The notes under the pieces are model-generated. The model saw only the letters and a program-made list of their open reading frames with translations. It searched no databases and had not been told where the DNA came from. Shown here piece after piece: positions 46,668-56,263 of a stretch of DNA of 64,000 nucleotides. Origin of the DNA: Minisyncoccia bacterium (GTDB lineage Bacteria; Patescibacteriota; Minisyncoccia; Phycocordibacterales; JAKFXT01); the NCBI GenBank assembly GCA_041485465.1, contig JBGPJO010000004.1:1-64000 (forward strand). The letters run 5' to 3'. Every line of letters starts with the position of its first letter. The stretch's first letter is position 1. The position numbers and the translations under genes are program-made.

Positions 46668-46751
46668 CACTAAAACACTGAGCCTTCGCCTCTACGCATT
46701 TTTATTTAGCACAAGTGCGGAGTGTGACACGAGGCCTTTCTTAAAAGGCGA

Positions 46752-46973
46752 TCAGAGCCTTTTAACTATCCGTCCTTTGCCGCCGTATGGGTCAAGTTCG
46801 ACTTCTACGGAATCGCCGACCAAAACCCGTATGCGGTGGAGACGCATTTTGCCCCCGAGGTACGTGAGCATCACGTCACCATTTGGGGGCTTAACGCGAA
46901 AAAGCGTATTGGGAAGGGCTTCCGTTACCACCCCCACTACTCGCTCCATTTTTTTACTATTATCCATCGCCAA
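46752..46973 (-). CDS. infA: Translation initiation factor IF-1
   Basis: S1-like OB fold: GVVTEALPNTLFRV...GKMR...VGDSVEVEL. Confidence 0.85.
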   Translation of the reverse strand: MAMDNSKKMERVVGVVTEALPNTLFRVKPPNGDVMLTYLGGKMRLHRIRVLVGDSVEVELDPYGGKGRIVKRL

Positions 46974-47120
46974 ATGCGAATTTTCGAATCCTATCAGAAA
47001 AATAAAATACCGTCAAACAAAACAATCCGCCTTCGGAAAGTTTCGTCCTCTATGCCCACTTTTAACTGCCTATATGACCGATACCCATTAGAATAAAAGA
47101 TTCTGCTTTTGTCGTCAAGT

Positions 47121-48410
47121 TTATTTACTGGTCGATGTGGGGATTTTTATACTGATTTTTTTGGGGTCGTCCGGAAGCGTTTGGCGCCAAAACGGCTTAA
47201 CAATAACTTCGGCGTGATCAATACTCGGGTATGCTTGAAGAATGGTTGCAATCCGGCCCTTGTCTTTCTGTTGTCCCACGAGATCCGCTTTAAGTTTTTC
47301 CTGATCGAAAAGCCAGGTTAACGTCGTCGTGCCTTTAAGAGAAAAGGAAAGTGCGCCTGTCTGCCAAGGCTTTGCGCCCGCGGGAATCGGCGTGAAAACT
47401 ATATTTTTAAGATTATCCCCCAAAACATCGCTTTGATCGTAATCGCCGAGGCTCGCGGAGGCGATACTCCTTGAAAATTTTTTGTCGCTGAAGAAAACCC
47501 CGTAGGCGGTCGCTGTTTCTTTAAGTCCGTTTGAATCCGCAGGCGAAACAGTTTCAAAGTCAATGTAGACGGCAGAATCAAACAGAAGATACCCTTCGGG
47601 CACCTGCGCTTCTATGTTTTTCGTCAGGTCATCCCGAAGTGAAGCTTCAAGATCGTTTTTTGCTTTACTCAAATCTTGAGGGGAAGCTGTTTCAATTTTA
47701 CCGATAAAACCTCCCGTCATGGTAGTTTTCGATCGGCCGTAAAATTTACTGTACCGCGGGTCGCCCTTAAAACCGGGAATGGTGAAATCTGAAAGACCGA
47801 TGTTGTAGTCCGTGCCCGCCGCATCGGCATACACAAGGGCCTCAATACTCCCTGGCGTGCCACTCGTTTTATCTTTCCCGGGAACGGTAATTGATTGGTC
47901 GATACGGTAGATCCTTCCATCAGATGTTTCGAAGCGAGTGTTTTTTATAAGACGTTGCGAGGCGGTTGAGTAATTATTGTAAATAACTATCGTGCCGCTT
48001 GCTCTAATTTCAACCTGTTTTTCACCGGTTGCGGGCACTGTCTTCGATCCGTCTTTTGACGCCGAGACTGTTTCAAAAGAAAGCTCGCCTTGTCCCGCGT
48101 CCTTTTTTGCTATAAAAATTCCGTCAATTGAAACCGTTTTCTTTTTTTGGGTAACCGTGATAGTCGCTTGCTCGGCAAATAATTCGCGAGCAAGAAAAGC
48201 AATGAGGACGATAACGACAATGCCGATGATAACGCTAAATCCTTTTGGAAACCGAAAACGGCGCCGGCGCTTCATTTCTTCAAGTGGCGGGGGCGGAGGG
48301 GGTGGCGGAGCCACCTCGCTTCTCTCGGGAGAGCGGCGATGAACCGGAACGGGAATGTCCCGGATCGTTCTTTTCGGAGGAGTGATGTCGTTTATCGTTT
48401 GGCGCGGCAT
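47121..48410 (-). CDS. hypothetical bitopic membrane protein with Pro-rich cytoplasmic N-terminus and large extracytoplasmic domain
   Basis: PPPPPPPP tract, one TM helix (FSVIIGIVVIVLIAF), then about 330 aa of soluble domain. It sits where secY/adk/map would normally precede infA. Confidence 0.55.
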   Translation of the reverse strand: MPRQTINDITPPKRTIRDIPVPVHRRSPERSEVAPPPPPPPPLEEMKRRRRFRFPKGFSVIIGIVVIVLIAFLARELFAEQATITVTQKKKTVSIDGIFIAKKDAGQGELSFETVSASKDGSKTVPATGEKQVEIRASGTIVIYNNYSTASQRLIKNTRFETSDGRIYRIDQSITVPGKDKTSGTPGSIEALVYADAAGTDYNIGLSDFTIPGFKGDPRYSKFYGRSKTTMTGGFIGKIETASPQDLSKAKNDLEASLRDDLTKNIEAQVPEGYLLFDSAVYIDFETVSPADSNGLKETATAYGVFFSDKKFSRSIASASLGDYDQSDVLGDNLKNIVFTPIPAGAKPWQTGALSFSLKGTTTLTWLFDQEKLKADLVGQQKDKGRIATILQAYPSIDHAEVIVKPFWRQTLPDDPKKISIKIPTSTSK

Positions 48411-48438
48411 AGACTATATATACACTTTTATAAGACTA

Positions 48439-49659
48439 TCAGGAAGCACTTTGAAGCGGCAATTTTGTGGATACCGCAAAAAGTCCTTCAAGGCAAAGGA
48501 TCGGGTCACACGAAGCGTCCTTACCAAAACGCATCAGAGTTTTTGCAAGCTCGCTATCAATCGGCCGTACCGAAAAACCAGAAGGCACGAGAGACTGGCC
48601 GGAAAAACTGTCCGTCTCGAGAAACATTTTGAAAATTCCATCCATGCCGACGTCAGTAATCAAATACACGGACTGGGGAACGGAAGATTCGTCAGAAAGC
48701 GCGACGAGCGCTTTTTCAAAAAACGGAAACCATTTTTTTGCGCCGCTTTGAAGGGAGGTTTCGAGTTTTTCGTTTTTGTCATCACGCACTTCTTTTGTGC
48801 CATAGAGGGAGAGAGAGGCGGAAGCGGCATCCTCCGTCATGTTGAGTTCGCGAGAGACATGACGGATGAGTGAGTGCTTGCCGAAGGGGAACGACACTGT
48901 TTCAAGAAGGACGAACCCGCGAACAAGGGAAACTTCCGTAACCTCGTTTCCGACGACAATAAAAAGAAAGTCCTGATCAAAATGAACGTGGTTTCGTAAA
49001 GCGACATAGGCGGCCAAAGAAAGGGGCTCGAAGAAAACAGGCGCTCTGAAATGTTTCTTAAATTCCTGCTCTAGTTTACCAATGACCTCAGAAGCAATTT
49101 CTGTCTTGAAAACACCAAGATCGAGGGTCGCCGCCTTCTTGCCATAAGGGGATGCGGTGTGGTACCCGTTTACCTTCATATCAACAATCCGCTCGGCAAC
49201 GGTAACCGGCGTTTCTCCGATTTCCGCTTCGGTATGAGCTTCGAGTTCTTTGTCACTCCCCCTCCGGTAATTCGCCACCAGACTGGAAACAAGTTCGGGT
49301 GTCACTACAAAACCGTCTTTCTCCCGATATTTAATGAGCGCGGTATGGGAAAGATAATACGGAGCAGAGAGAATCGCGTAGATTTTTTCAATATGGAACC
49401 TTCTCCCGTTTTCCCCCTCGCTTGCCATGAATTTTGAGACTTCTCCGAGAAGATCTTTAAGAGAAACGAGGGTAGCGGCGAAGCTTTTTGCCCGAGCGCC
49501 GCGAACAATCCTCTCCGGAGCGTGCGACGTGTAGGTCATTTCCGGCGAAACGCCCGTCAAAAGAAGTGCACCGCGGCAACTGCCTTCGCCAACATCAATA
49601 TGGACGACGAGCGTTGATTGCTCGCGTGGTTTTCCGGAAAACAAAGAGAACAATGCCAT
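48439..49659 (-). CDS. ASKHA-superfamily (actin-like) ATPase, FtsA/PilM-like
   Basis: Phosphate-1-like LVVHIDVGEGSCRGALL and phosphate-2-like FLFIVVGNEVTEV. The subfamily cannot be resolved by eye. Confidence 0.4.
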   Translation of the reverse strand: MALFSLFSGKPREQSTLVVHIDVGEGSCRGALLLTGVSPEMTYTSHAPERIVRGARAKSFAATLVSLKDLLGEVSKFMASEGENGRRFHIEKIYAILSAPYYLSHTALIKYREKDGFVVTPELVSSLVANYRRGSDKELEAHTEAEIGETPVTVAERIVDMKVNGYHTASPYGKKAATLDLGVFKTEIASEVIGKLEQEFKKHFRAPVFFEPLSLAAYVALRNHVHFDQDFLFIVVGNEVTEVSLVRGFVLLETVSFPFGKHSLIRHVSRELNMTEDAASASLSLYGTKEVRDDKNEKLETSLQSGAKKWFPFFEKALVALSDESSVPQSVYLITDVGMDGIFKMFLETDSFSGQSLVPSGFSVRPIDSELAKTLMRFGKDASCDPILCLEGLFAVSTKLPLQSAS

Positions 49660-49683
49660 CGCTCTAGTATATCGAAAGTAGCG

Positions 49684-51549
49684 TTATTCCAAAACTGCCT
49701 TAATCCGCCGCACGCCAGATGAGACCGCCTCCTCTTTGATAATTTTAAATGTCCCTTTAAGTTCAGACGTGTTCGTGACATGCGGCCCGCCGCAGAATTC
49801 AACACTAAATTGATTACCGGAATCTCCAATTCTATAAATAGAAACTGTGCTCCCGTATTTTTCCCCAAAAAGCCCGATTGCGCCTTCGGCTCTTGCTTCT
49901 TCAAGAGAAACTTCCTCTTTATACACGGGAAGCGCTTCGGCAATTTTTTGATTAACCAACCGTTCGACTTTCTTTTTTTCTTCGTCGGTCATTTTCGCCG
50001 TGTGAGAAAAATCAAAGCGTAGCCGCTCCGGTGTGATATTGCTCCCCCGCTGAAGAACGTGATCCCCTAGCGTTGCTCTAAGAGCCTGGTGGAGGAGATG
50101 TGTTGCGGTATGGTATTCGACTTCTTTTTCAGAATGTCCGGCAAGTCCTCCTTTGAATTTTTTTTCCGCGGCGCCACGAGAAAGTTTCTGATGTTTTTCC
50201 ATTTCTTCCTCAAAAGCAGCACGATCCGCGACAAATCCTTTTTCTTCGGCAAGTTCTTCGGTTACTTCAAAAGGGAAACCGTATGTCTGATAGAGAAGAG
50301 CGGCTTGAGAACCAGAAATGACAGGCCCGGGAAGAAGATTGAACTCCTTTATTCCTTTCTCGAGCGTCGCTCTGAAACGAGTTTCTTCATCGTTTATTTC
50401 TTTAAGAATGATTTCTCTTCGTCCTTTGAGATCCGGGTATTCTTTTCCATAGCCTTCAATAAATGTTTCCCCGATTGTTCCAAGAAATCCGCTTTCGAAA
50501 CCAAGTTTCCTCCCGGAGGTGACAGAACGACGAATAAGGCGCCGGAGAACATAGCCCCGATCGGTATTTGATGGCGTTACACCGTCCCCGATTAAAAAAA
50601 CCGCCGCCCGAGAGTGGTCGAGAATAATTCGGGAGAGGCGGGTTGCCTCCGGCTCTTGTCCGTATCTTTTTGCCTTTTTTTCAAGAACCTGCCGAGCTCC
50701 TTTGAATAGATCAATTTCAAATAGATCGGAGTTATCGCCAGAGGCCATGGCAAACCGCTCAAGCCCGCCGCCAAAATCAACGTTGGGTGTTGGAAGCTTC
50801 TCGAACCCATCCGCCGTTTTAAGATACTCCATGAAAACACTATTGCCGATTTCAAGAAAACGCCCGCAATCGCAATTGACATGGCACGGAGAGTCTTTCC
50901 ATTCCGAATTTTCGTGAAATTTAAGTTCCTCTCCAAAATCCCAAAACATCTCCGAATCAGGCCCTCCCGGCTCCCCTTCCGGCATCTTCTCAGGTAACCC
51001 ACTGCGGCTCCACCAGTTTTTTTCTTCGGGGTAATAAAAGATTCGTGCTCCTGTTTTCATCCCTTCTTTCTCCGGAAAATTCTGAATACCGCTTGAGACC
51101 CCTTTCTCTTCAAAAAGTTTTTGCCAGATTTCAGCTGAGAGTTCATCTCTTTCTATGCCAAGACGTGAATTGCCCCTAAAACAAGTCACATAGAGGCGCT
51201 TTGGATCAAGATCTAACTTTTCAGTGAGAAATTCGAATATCCAGGGAATTTCTTCATGTTTGAAATAATCGCCAAAGGACCAGTTGCCGAGCATTTCAAA
51301 AAAAGTCGTGTGGCGATTGTTGCCCACTTCCCCGATATCCTGCGTACGGAAACATTTCTGCGAATCGGCAATACGCTTTCCAAGGGGGTGAGATATCCCC
51401 AAAAAATACCGGAGCATCGGCTGCATGCCGCTCCCGGTAAAAAGGGTCGTCGGATCGTTTTCAGGAATAAGCGAGGACGAAGGCATGATTGCGTGTCCGC
51501 GTTCCTTAAAAAATTCTAAATAGAGACGACGTATGCTGTCAGTAGTCAT
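49684..51549 (-). CDS. alaS: Alanine--tRNA ligase, short form (catalytic + editing domains, no C-Ala)
   Basis: FTGSGMQP, HTTFFEMLGNWSFGDYFK, and the editing-domain HxxxH...CGGPH motifs. Only 621 aa. Confidence 0.85.
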   Translation of the reverse strand: MTTDSIRRLYLEFFKERGHAIMPSSSLIPENDPTTLFTGSGMQPMLRYFLGISHPLGKRIADSQKCFRTQDIGEVGNNRHTTFFEMLGNWSFGDYFKHEEIPWIFEFLTEKLDLDPKRLYVTCFRGNSRLGIERDELSAEIWQKLFEEKGVSSGIQNFPEKEGMKTGARIFYYPEEKNWWSRSGLPEKMPEGEPGGPDSEMFWDFGEELKFHENSEWKDSPCHVNCDCGRFLEIGNSVFMEYLKTADGFEKLPTPNVDFGGGLERFAMASGDNSDLFEIDLFKGARQVLEKKAKRYGQEPEATRLSRIILDHSRAAVFLIGDGVTPSNTDRGYVLRRLIRRSVTSGRKLGFESGFLGTIGETFIEGYGKEYPDLKGRREIILKEINDEETRFRATLEKGIKEFNLLPGPVISGSQAALLYQTYGFPFEVTEELAEEKGFVADRAAFEEEMEKHQKLSRGAAEKKFKGGLAGHSEKEVEYHTATHLLHQALRATLGDHVLQRGSNITPERLRFDFSHTAKMTDEEKKKVERLVNQKIAEALPVYKEEVSLEEARAEGAIGLFGEKYGSTVSIYRIGDSGNQFSVEFCGGPHVTNTSELKGTFKIIKEEAVSSGVRRIKAVLE

Positions 51550-51608
51550 AAGATTATCCTAGCAGTTTCGTAAAGTTTTTTCATTGCTCTTGATATGGTA
51601 GGCTCTCA

Positions 51609-53588
51609 ATGACTATGCAAAAGAAAAAAATCTACTGGGGTTTTGATGTGCAGAGGATAGATAAAAGCATCCGCCCTCAGGATGATTTCTATCGGTATGC
51701 AAACGGAAACTGGATGAAACACGCCGAAATTCCCGCTGAAGAAGCGCGCTGGGGAAGCTTCACGATGCTCCGCTATGACACTGATAACCAGCTGAAAAAG
51801 ATACTCAAAGATTCGAGTGCTAAAAAATTGCTCAGATCGGGAAGCGGAGAGCGGATGGTTCGCGATTTGTATCTTTCGGGAATGAATATGAAGCTGCGTG
51901 AGAAGCTCGGTGCGAAACCCACTGAGAAACTGCGTGAAATCATAAACTCGATCAAGGATAGGAAGAGTCTCATTATCACCATCGCGGAGCTTGAAAAAAG
52001 CGGGATCTCTCTCCCATGGCATCTTCTCATAGACCAAGATTCAAAGAATAGCAAGAAATACGTTCTTCATATCTTCCAAGGAGGCCTCGGCATGCCAGAC
52101 AAAGAATACTATTTGAAAAATGATCCTGAGTTTAAGCGCGTACGAAACGCTTACCAAGTGTATATACTGAAATTGTTTTTCCTTCTCGGATATAGAGAGA
52201 ACGAGGCAAAGAAAAAAGTGACTACGGTGATGGATATTGAAACCCGCCTCGCAAGTCTGTCGATGAGTAAAGTAGACGCAAGAGACGCCGAGAAAACCTA
52301 CCACAAAAAAACATATCCGGAACTAAAGCGCTTTGCTCCCGAGATAGATTGGGGTTTCTATTTTAAAAAAGTTGGCATTCCGAGCGTCCCCTATGTCATT
52401 ATCGGCCAGCCGAACTTTTTAAAAGGTGCTGCAAAGCTCCTTTCTTCCGGTTCGATAGAAGATTGGAAAGTGTATCTTGAGTGGCATTTAATAAACAGCG
52501 GAGCATCACTTCTCTCGTCTCCATTTATCAAAGTCCAATTTGATTTCTATGGAAAGACACTCACGGGAAGCAAGAAAATGAAACCTCTCTGGAGAAGGGC
52601 GCTTGGCGCGGTGAATGCCGGGCTTGGCGAGACACTCGGAAAAATCTATGTTGACAAACATTTCCCGCCCCAGGCCAAGAAAAAAATGAATGAACTCGTC
52701 GATGATTTGTTTATTGCCTACGCTCGGCGGATTAAAAGACTCGACTGGATGAGCTTACCGACAAAAAAGCACGCGCTAGCAAAACTTAAAATGATGCGCC
52801 GTAAGATTGGTTACCCTAAACGCTGGAAGAGTTATTCTGGGCTTCGCATCTCTCGAAACGACTACTTTGGAAATATGTTGCGGGCAAGCGAGTTTGAACA
52901 TCGTCGCGCGATAAAGAAGTTGAGCAAACCCATTGACCTTGATGAGTGGCACATGAGTCCGCAAACAGTAAATGCGTATTTTAGCCCAACAATGAACGAC
53001 ATCGTTTTCCCCGCCGCAATTCTCCAGCCGCCGTTCTTTGACTTTGGTGCAGATGATGCAATTAACTACGGAGCAATCGGTGCAATTATTGGACACGAAA
53101 TAACTCATGGTTTTGACGATCAGGGATCAAAATTTGATGGTCATGGAAATATGAAAAACTGGTGGAAAAAAAATGACCGTAGACATTTTGAAAAGAAGAG
53201 TAAGTCTATCGTGAGACAGTATGATAGGTATACCGTCGCCGACAACATTCATGTGAATGGAAAACTTACACTTGGTGAGAATACTGCCGATCTCGGTGGT
53301 CTTGTTATCGCACTTGATGCATATAAAGAGCGACTTAAGAAAACTGGAAGAAAAAAAATTGCTGGATTTACTCCCGAGGAACGTTTCTTCCTTGGCGCGG
53401 CACAGGCTGAGTGCGAATTAAGGAGAGACGAATACAATAAAACTGCAGTATTGACTGACCCCCACTCACCCCCTGAATTCCGTGTAAACGGCCCTATTCT
53501 AAATATTCCGGAATTTTATAGTGTTTTTAAAGTAAAAAAAGGAGATAAACTTTACCTCATAGAAAAAAAGCGCGCGCGAATCTGGTAG
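51609..53588 (+). CDS. pepO: M13-family zinc metalloendopeptidase (PepO/neprilysin-like)
   Basis: HEITHGFD (HExxH) and ENTADLGG (ENxADxGG). 659 aa. Confidence 0.85.
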   Translation: MTMQKKKIYWGFDVQRIDKSIRPQDDFYRYANGNWMKHAEIPAEEARWGSFTMLRYDTDNQLKKILKDSSAKKLLRSGSGERMVRDLYLSGMNMKLREKLGAKPTEKLREIINSIKDRKSLIITIAELEKSGISLPWHLLIDQDSKNSKKYVLHIFQGGLGMPDKEYYLKNDPEFKRVRNAYQVYILKLFFLLGYRENEAKKKVTTVMDIETRLASLSMSKVDARDAEKTYHKKTYPELKRFAPEIDWGFYFKKVGIPSVPYVIIGQPNFLKGAAKLLSSGSIEDWKVYLEWHLINSGASLLSSPFIKVQFDFYGKTLTGSKKMKPLWRRALGAVNAGLGETLGKIYVDKHFPPQAKKKMNELVDDLFIAYARRIKRLDWMSLPTKKHALAKLKMMRRKIGYPKRWKSYSGLRISRNDYFGNMLRASEFEHRRAIKKLSKPIDLDEWHMSPQTVNAYFSPTMNDIVFPAAILQPPFFDFGADDAINYGAIGAIIGHEITHGFDDQGSKFDGHGNMKNWWKKNDRRHFEKKSKSIVRQYDRYTVADNIHVNGKLTLGENTADLGGLVIALDAYKERLKKTGRKKIAGFTPEERFFLGAAQAECELRRDEYNKTAVLTDPHSPPEFRVNGPILNIPEFYSVFKVKKGDKLYLIEKKRARIW

Positions 53589-53665
53589 TGATAACTATTT
53601 AAATAAAAAGAGCTCGTAATTTTTAGCGGTTATTGCCATCAGCGTCAAGAATCAGAGCTTCCTTA

Positions 53666-54280
53666 CTATTGATATTTTTTAAGGATTTTAAAATCTTCGA
53701 AAAGGGTTTCTTTGGTCGAAGCATTGTAAACCGCAACCGCCGGATGATAGAGCGGTACGATCGTCACCTCTCCCCACTTCGTCTCCCCGAGAAATGCCTG
53801 ACCATGCATGGAGCTTATGGGACGGAGAATGTCTTTCAACCCGAATTTTTCCATGATGTAGACCATTGAGTAGCGACCGAGTGTCGCGATAACTTTTGGA
53901 CGAATGATATCAATCTGTCGATCAAGAAACGGCCCGTAAAGAGCGATTTCTTCAGGCGTCGGGTCTCTGTTTTCGGGCGGGCGGTCTTTAACTATGTTCG
54001 TAACATAAACGGAATCCCGAGCAACAGAAATTGAGGCGAGGAGTTCATCAAGCACTTTCCCCGACCGACCGCAAAAAGGTTTTCCTGTTTTTGCTTCGTT
54101 TAATCCGGGCGCTTCACCGATAAACATGATTGTCGCATCGTGACTTCCTTCGCCGATAACTGGATAAAAATTGTTTTCTTTCCGGTGTTTATAGAGCGGT
54201 GATTCTTTAAGCGCAACGATTTCATCGCGAATCGCTTTCATCTGCTTGTATTTTTCGCCTTTTTCGGGAGAATTCACCAT
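53666..54280 (-). CDS. udg: Uracil-DNA glycosylase, family 4
   Basis: GEGSHDATIMFIGEAPGLNE...PFCGRSGKVL is the family 4 UDG signature. The start is uncertain (54241 or 54280). A TATAAT sits just upstream of 54280. Confidence 0.8.
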   Translation of the reverse strand: MVNSPEKGEKYKQMKAIRDEIVALKESPLYKHRKENNFYPVIGEGSHDATIMFIGEAPGLNEAKTGKPFCGRSGKVLDELLASISVARDSVYVTNIVKDRPPENRDPTPEEIALYGPFLDRQIDIIRPKVIATLGRYSMVYIMEKFGLKDILRPISSMHGQAFLGETKWGEVTIVPLYHPAVAVYNASTKETLFEDFKILKKYQ

Positions 54281-54296
54281 AAGAGATATTATATAC

Positions 54297-54331
54297 AAAG
54301 AAAAAGGCCCCGCATCCGAAGATGCGGGGCC
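54297..54331 (-). terminator. Rho-independent terminator for the high-GC gene (minus strand)
   Basis: ggccccgcatc-cgaa-gatgcggggcc hairpin, followed on the minus strand by a U-run. Confidence 0.55.
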
Positions 54332-54349
54332 CAAACGAAAGGTCAGAGT

Positions 54350-54940
54350 TCAACTTGCACGCAGAGCCGCTGGGTGGTTCCAGCTCCAGTCGTCGTTGAG
54401 GAAGAGCCCGAGCGAGCGCCATTCGACGCCGTTCCAAAAGAGGCAACGGACGCAGAGGCTGCCGCCGGAGTTGCGGTAGATCGTGCCCCAGAAGAAGATG
54501 TAGCGGGTATTGCCCTTCTCATTCTTCTTCCAGTCCTCGGGGATGAGGTTGGGGTTCTTGAGCAGGTAGTCGAGAACATTGGCGTTCAGGACCGGCTTGC
54601 CCGAGAGCTCCTTACGGAGCTTGTTGCCCTCAGTGCATTCGCCATTCTGCTGGTCGGAGTCGAGGTAAAACTTCACCGAAGTAGCGGACCAGTCGAACTG
54701 GCCGCCCTTCTGGTGTTTCTCGATCTTCCAGCCGTCCGGCAGATATGGCTCGGCGTCGCAGTCGATCATGTGTTCGACCGTCTGAACGGAAGCATGGCCG
54801 AGGAGGACTTGGTGGAACTGGCGCATCTTTTCCTCGCTCTTGGCGAGAACGCCAAGTTCATCAGGAGTAAATCCTGCTTTATGGGCTGTGATGCAGAGTT
54901 CGTGGGCAAGACCCACACTGAAGTCGGACATATTGCTCAT
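54350..54940 (-). CDS. hypothetical protein encoded by a compositionally atypical (high-GC) gene
   Basis: Local GC estimated by eye at about 58%, against roughly 48% nearby. AGAAGG RBS before the ATG at 54940. Trp-rich C-terminus. The long antisense ORF 54374..55048(+) is judged an artefact of the high GC. Confidence 0.5.
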   Translation of the reverse strand: MSNMSDFSVGLAHELCITAHKAGFTPDELGVLAKSEEKMRQFHQVLLGHASVQTVEHMIDCDAEPYLPDGWKIEKHQKGGQFDWSATSVKFYLDSDQQNGECTEGNKLRKELSGKPVLNANVLDYLLKNPNLIPEDWKKNEKGNTRYIFFWGTIYRNSGGSLCVRCLFWNGVEWRSLGLFLNDDWSWNHPAALRAS

Positions 54941-54969
54941 GCAACTCATCCTTCTATTTGCGACACATC

Positions 54970-55059
54970 CCAAATTTGGGACTCATCGCGTGCCAGTGGG
55001 CTCTCTCGGGTGAGAGTTTGCCATAGCAGAGAAAGGCCCGAGCTTTGAGCCACTCTCTG
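54970..55059. promoter_or_regulatory. Cluster of palindromes in the 5' region of the high-GC gene (putative operator or structured leader)
   Basis: cccaaatttggg (12-bp palindrome). ctctcgggtgagag. A perfect 15-bp inverted repeat tttgccatagcagag/ctctgctatggcaaa with a 23-nt spacer. Confidence 0.3.
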
Positions 55060-55147
55060 CTATGGCAAATGAAAATCTAGTATCAAAGAACTTTCTTTAA
55101 TTATACCATGTAAAGTGGCAATCTGTCAAGTAAAATTGCCTTTGAAT

Positions 55148-55420
55148 TTAAATCGCCTTTTCGCGCCTAAGTAGAGCGATTTTTCTTCTGACTCCGCGAT
55201 TGTAGCCTCCCATTCCCCCATCACTTCGGATAACGCGATGGCAGGGAATTTTTGGGTCATAGTTCGTTGAGAGGACGCTACCGACAGCGCGGGATGCGCG
55301 CGGGTTTCCCGCGCGCCCTGCTACTTGACTGTAGGTCAAAGTCTTCCCTCTCGGAATTTTACTGACAATATTAAAAACTCTCTCCGAAAATGTTTGATTG
55401 CCCCGCTTTTTCTTTTTCAT
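55148..55420 (-). CDS. ogt: Methylated-DNA--protein-cysteine methyltransferase, DNA-binding domain only (Ogt-like, 90 aa)
   Basis: TYSQVAGRAGNPRASRAVGSVLSTN...IPCHRV has the active-site PCHRV motif. There is no N-terminal domain. Confidence 0.7.
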   Translation of the reverse strand: MKKKKRGNQTFSERVFNIVSKIPRGKTLTYSQVAGRAGNPRASRAVGSVLSTNYDPKIPCHRVIRSDGGMGGYNRGVRRKIALLRREKAI

Positions 55421-56216
55421 GTGATTCTTTATTAATTTTTTTTAATTTTTGCGGTTTTGTGTTTTTAATCGCGGCCTCGGCTGCAAATTTTCGGTAGGCG
55501 CAATAAGCACAATCCGGATGGGGCACGGGAAGTATTTGTGATCCAAGACATTTCTTTATTTTAAGGATTGTCGGCTCTATCCAATCGGTATTCCCTTCAC
55601 AAGGAATGATGGACATATCAAATTCGAGCTTGCCATCAAATTTCAGAGCGTCTTTTTTACCGTTCACGAAAACAAAATAAGCGGTAGTAGAAACCCTAAA
55701 ACCATTTTTGCGAAACAACCACTGATAGACCTCGGCTTGTCGTTGGTATTGCTTTCCCAAATCGCCATCGAGGGTTATTTGATCTCGTGTGGCTTTTGCT
55801 TTGTAATCAACAATGAGAAGTTCGCCGTTAGGCCGAACCCAGACATCATCAATACCGCCGCGTATTGAAAGATTGGTGCGTGGGTCAAGGTATTCAATGC
55901 CACGCCTCATTGCATCCCGCCATATTTCTAGATCTTTATGTTTAAAGGGCACAGCATCGATGTGATACTGCTCCATAATCGGGTGGGGATCCTGACTCTC
56001 GCGAAGTAGGTCAAATTCCTTTTTAAGCAGTTCGTCAACAGCTAGGTTAAGTGTGAGCGGATACGTATCAGGACGCTTGATGCCGAGGTGCTGATCGAGA
56101 TAGAAACAACGGGGACATTCGAGAAATAAATCTATTTTTGAGCGGGAGATACGAAATGGTTTCGTTTCTTTCGGGTCGAAGTTTCCCCTTCCGCGCTTTG
56201 CGTACAGAAATGCCAT
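55371..56216 (-). CDS. PD-(D/E)xK nuclease with four Cys (Cas4/RecB-like Fe-S nuclease)
   Basis: N-terminal CPRCFY, catalytic IDDV...ELLIVDYKAK, and C-terminal CAYCAY. Lys-rich tail. Its 3' end overlaps ogt by 50 nt. Confidence 0.65.
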   Translation of the reverse strand: MAFLYAKRGRGNFDPKETKPFRISRSKIDLFLECPRCFYLDQHLGIKRPDTYPLTLNLAVDELLKKEFDLLRESQDPHPIMEQYHIDAVPFKHKDLEIWRDAMRRGIEYLDPRTNLSIRGGIDDVWVRPNGELLIVDYKAKATRDQITLDGDLGKQYQRQAEVYQWLFRKNGFRVSTTAYFVFVNGKKDALKFDGKLEFDMSIIPCEGNTDWIEPTILKIKKCLGSQILPVPHPDCAYCAYRKFAAEAAIKNTKPQKLKKINKESHEKEKAGQSNIFGESF

Positions 56217-56263
56217 GTAGGCAGTATACTCCGCTTTTTATTAGGGCGGCAAATTAATCCGCG

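Noticed and set aside
54374-55048. A 224-aa plus-strand ORF across the high-GC region.
   Set aside because: High GC suppresses stop codons on both strands. The minus-strand frame has an RBS, a downstream terminator and sensible amino-acid composition. The plus frame is Ala, Val and Glu repetitive.
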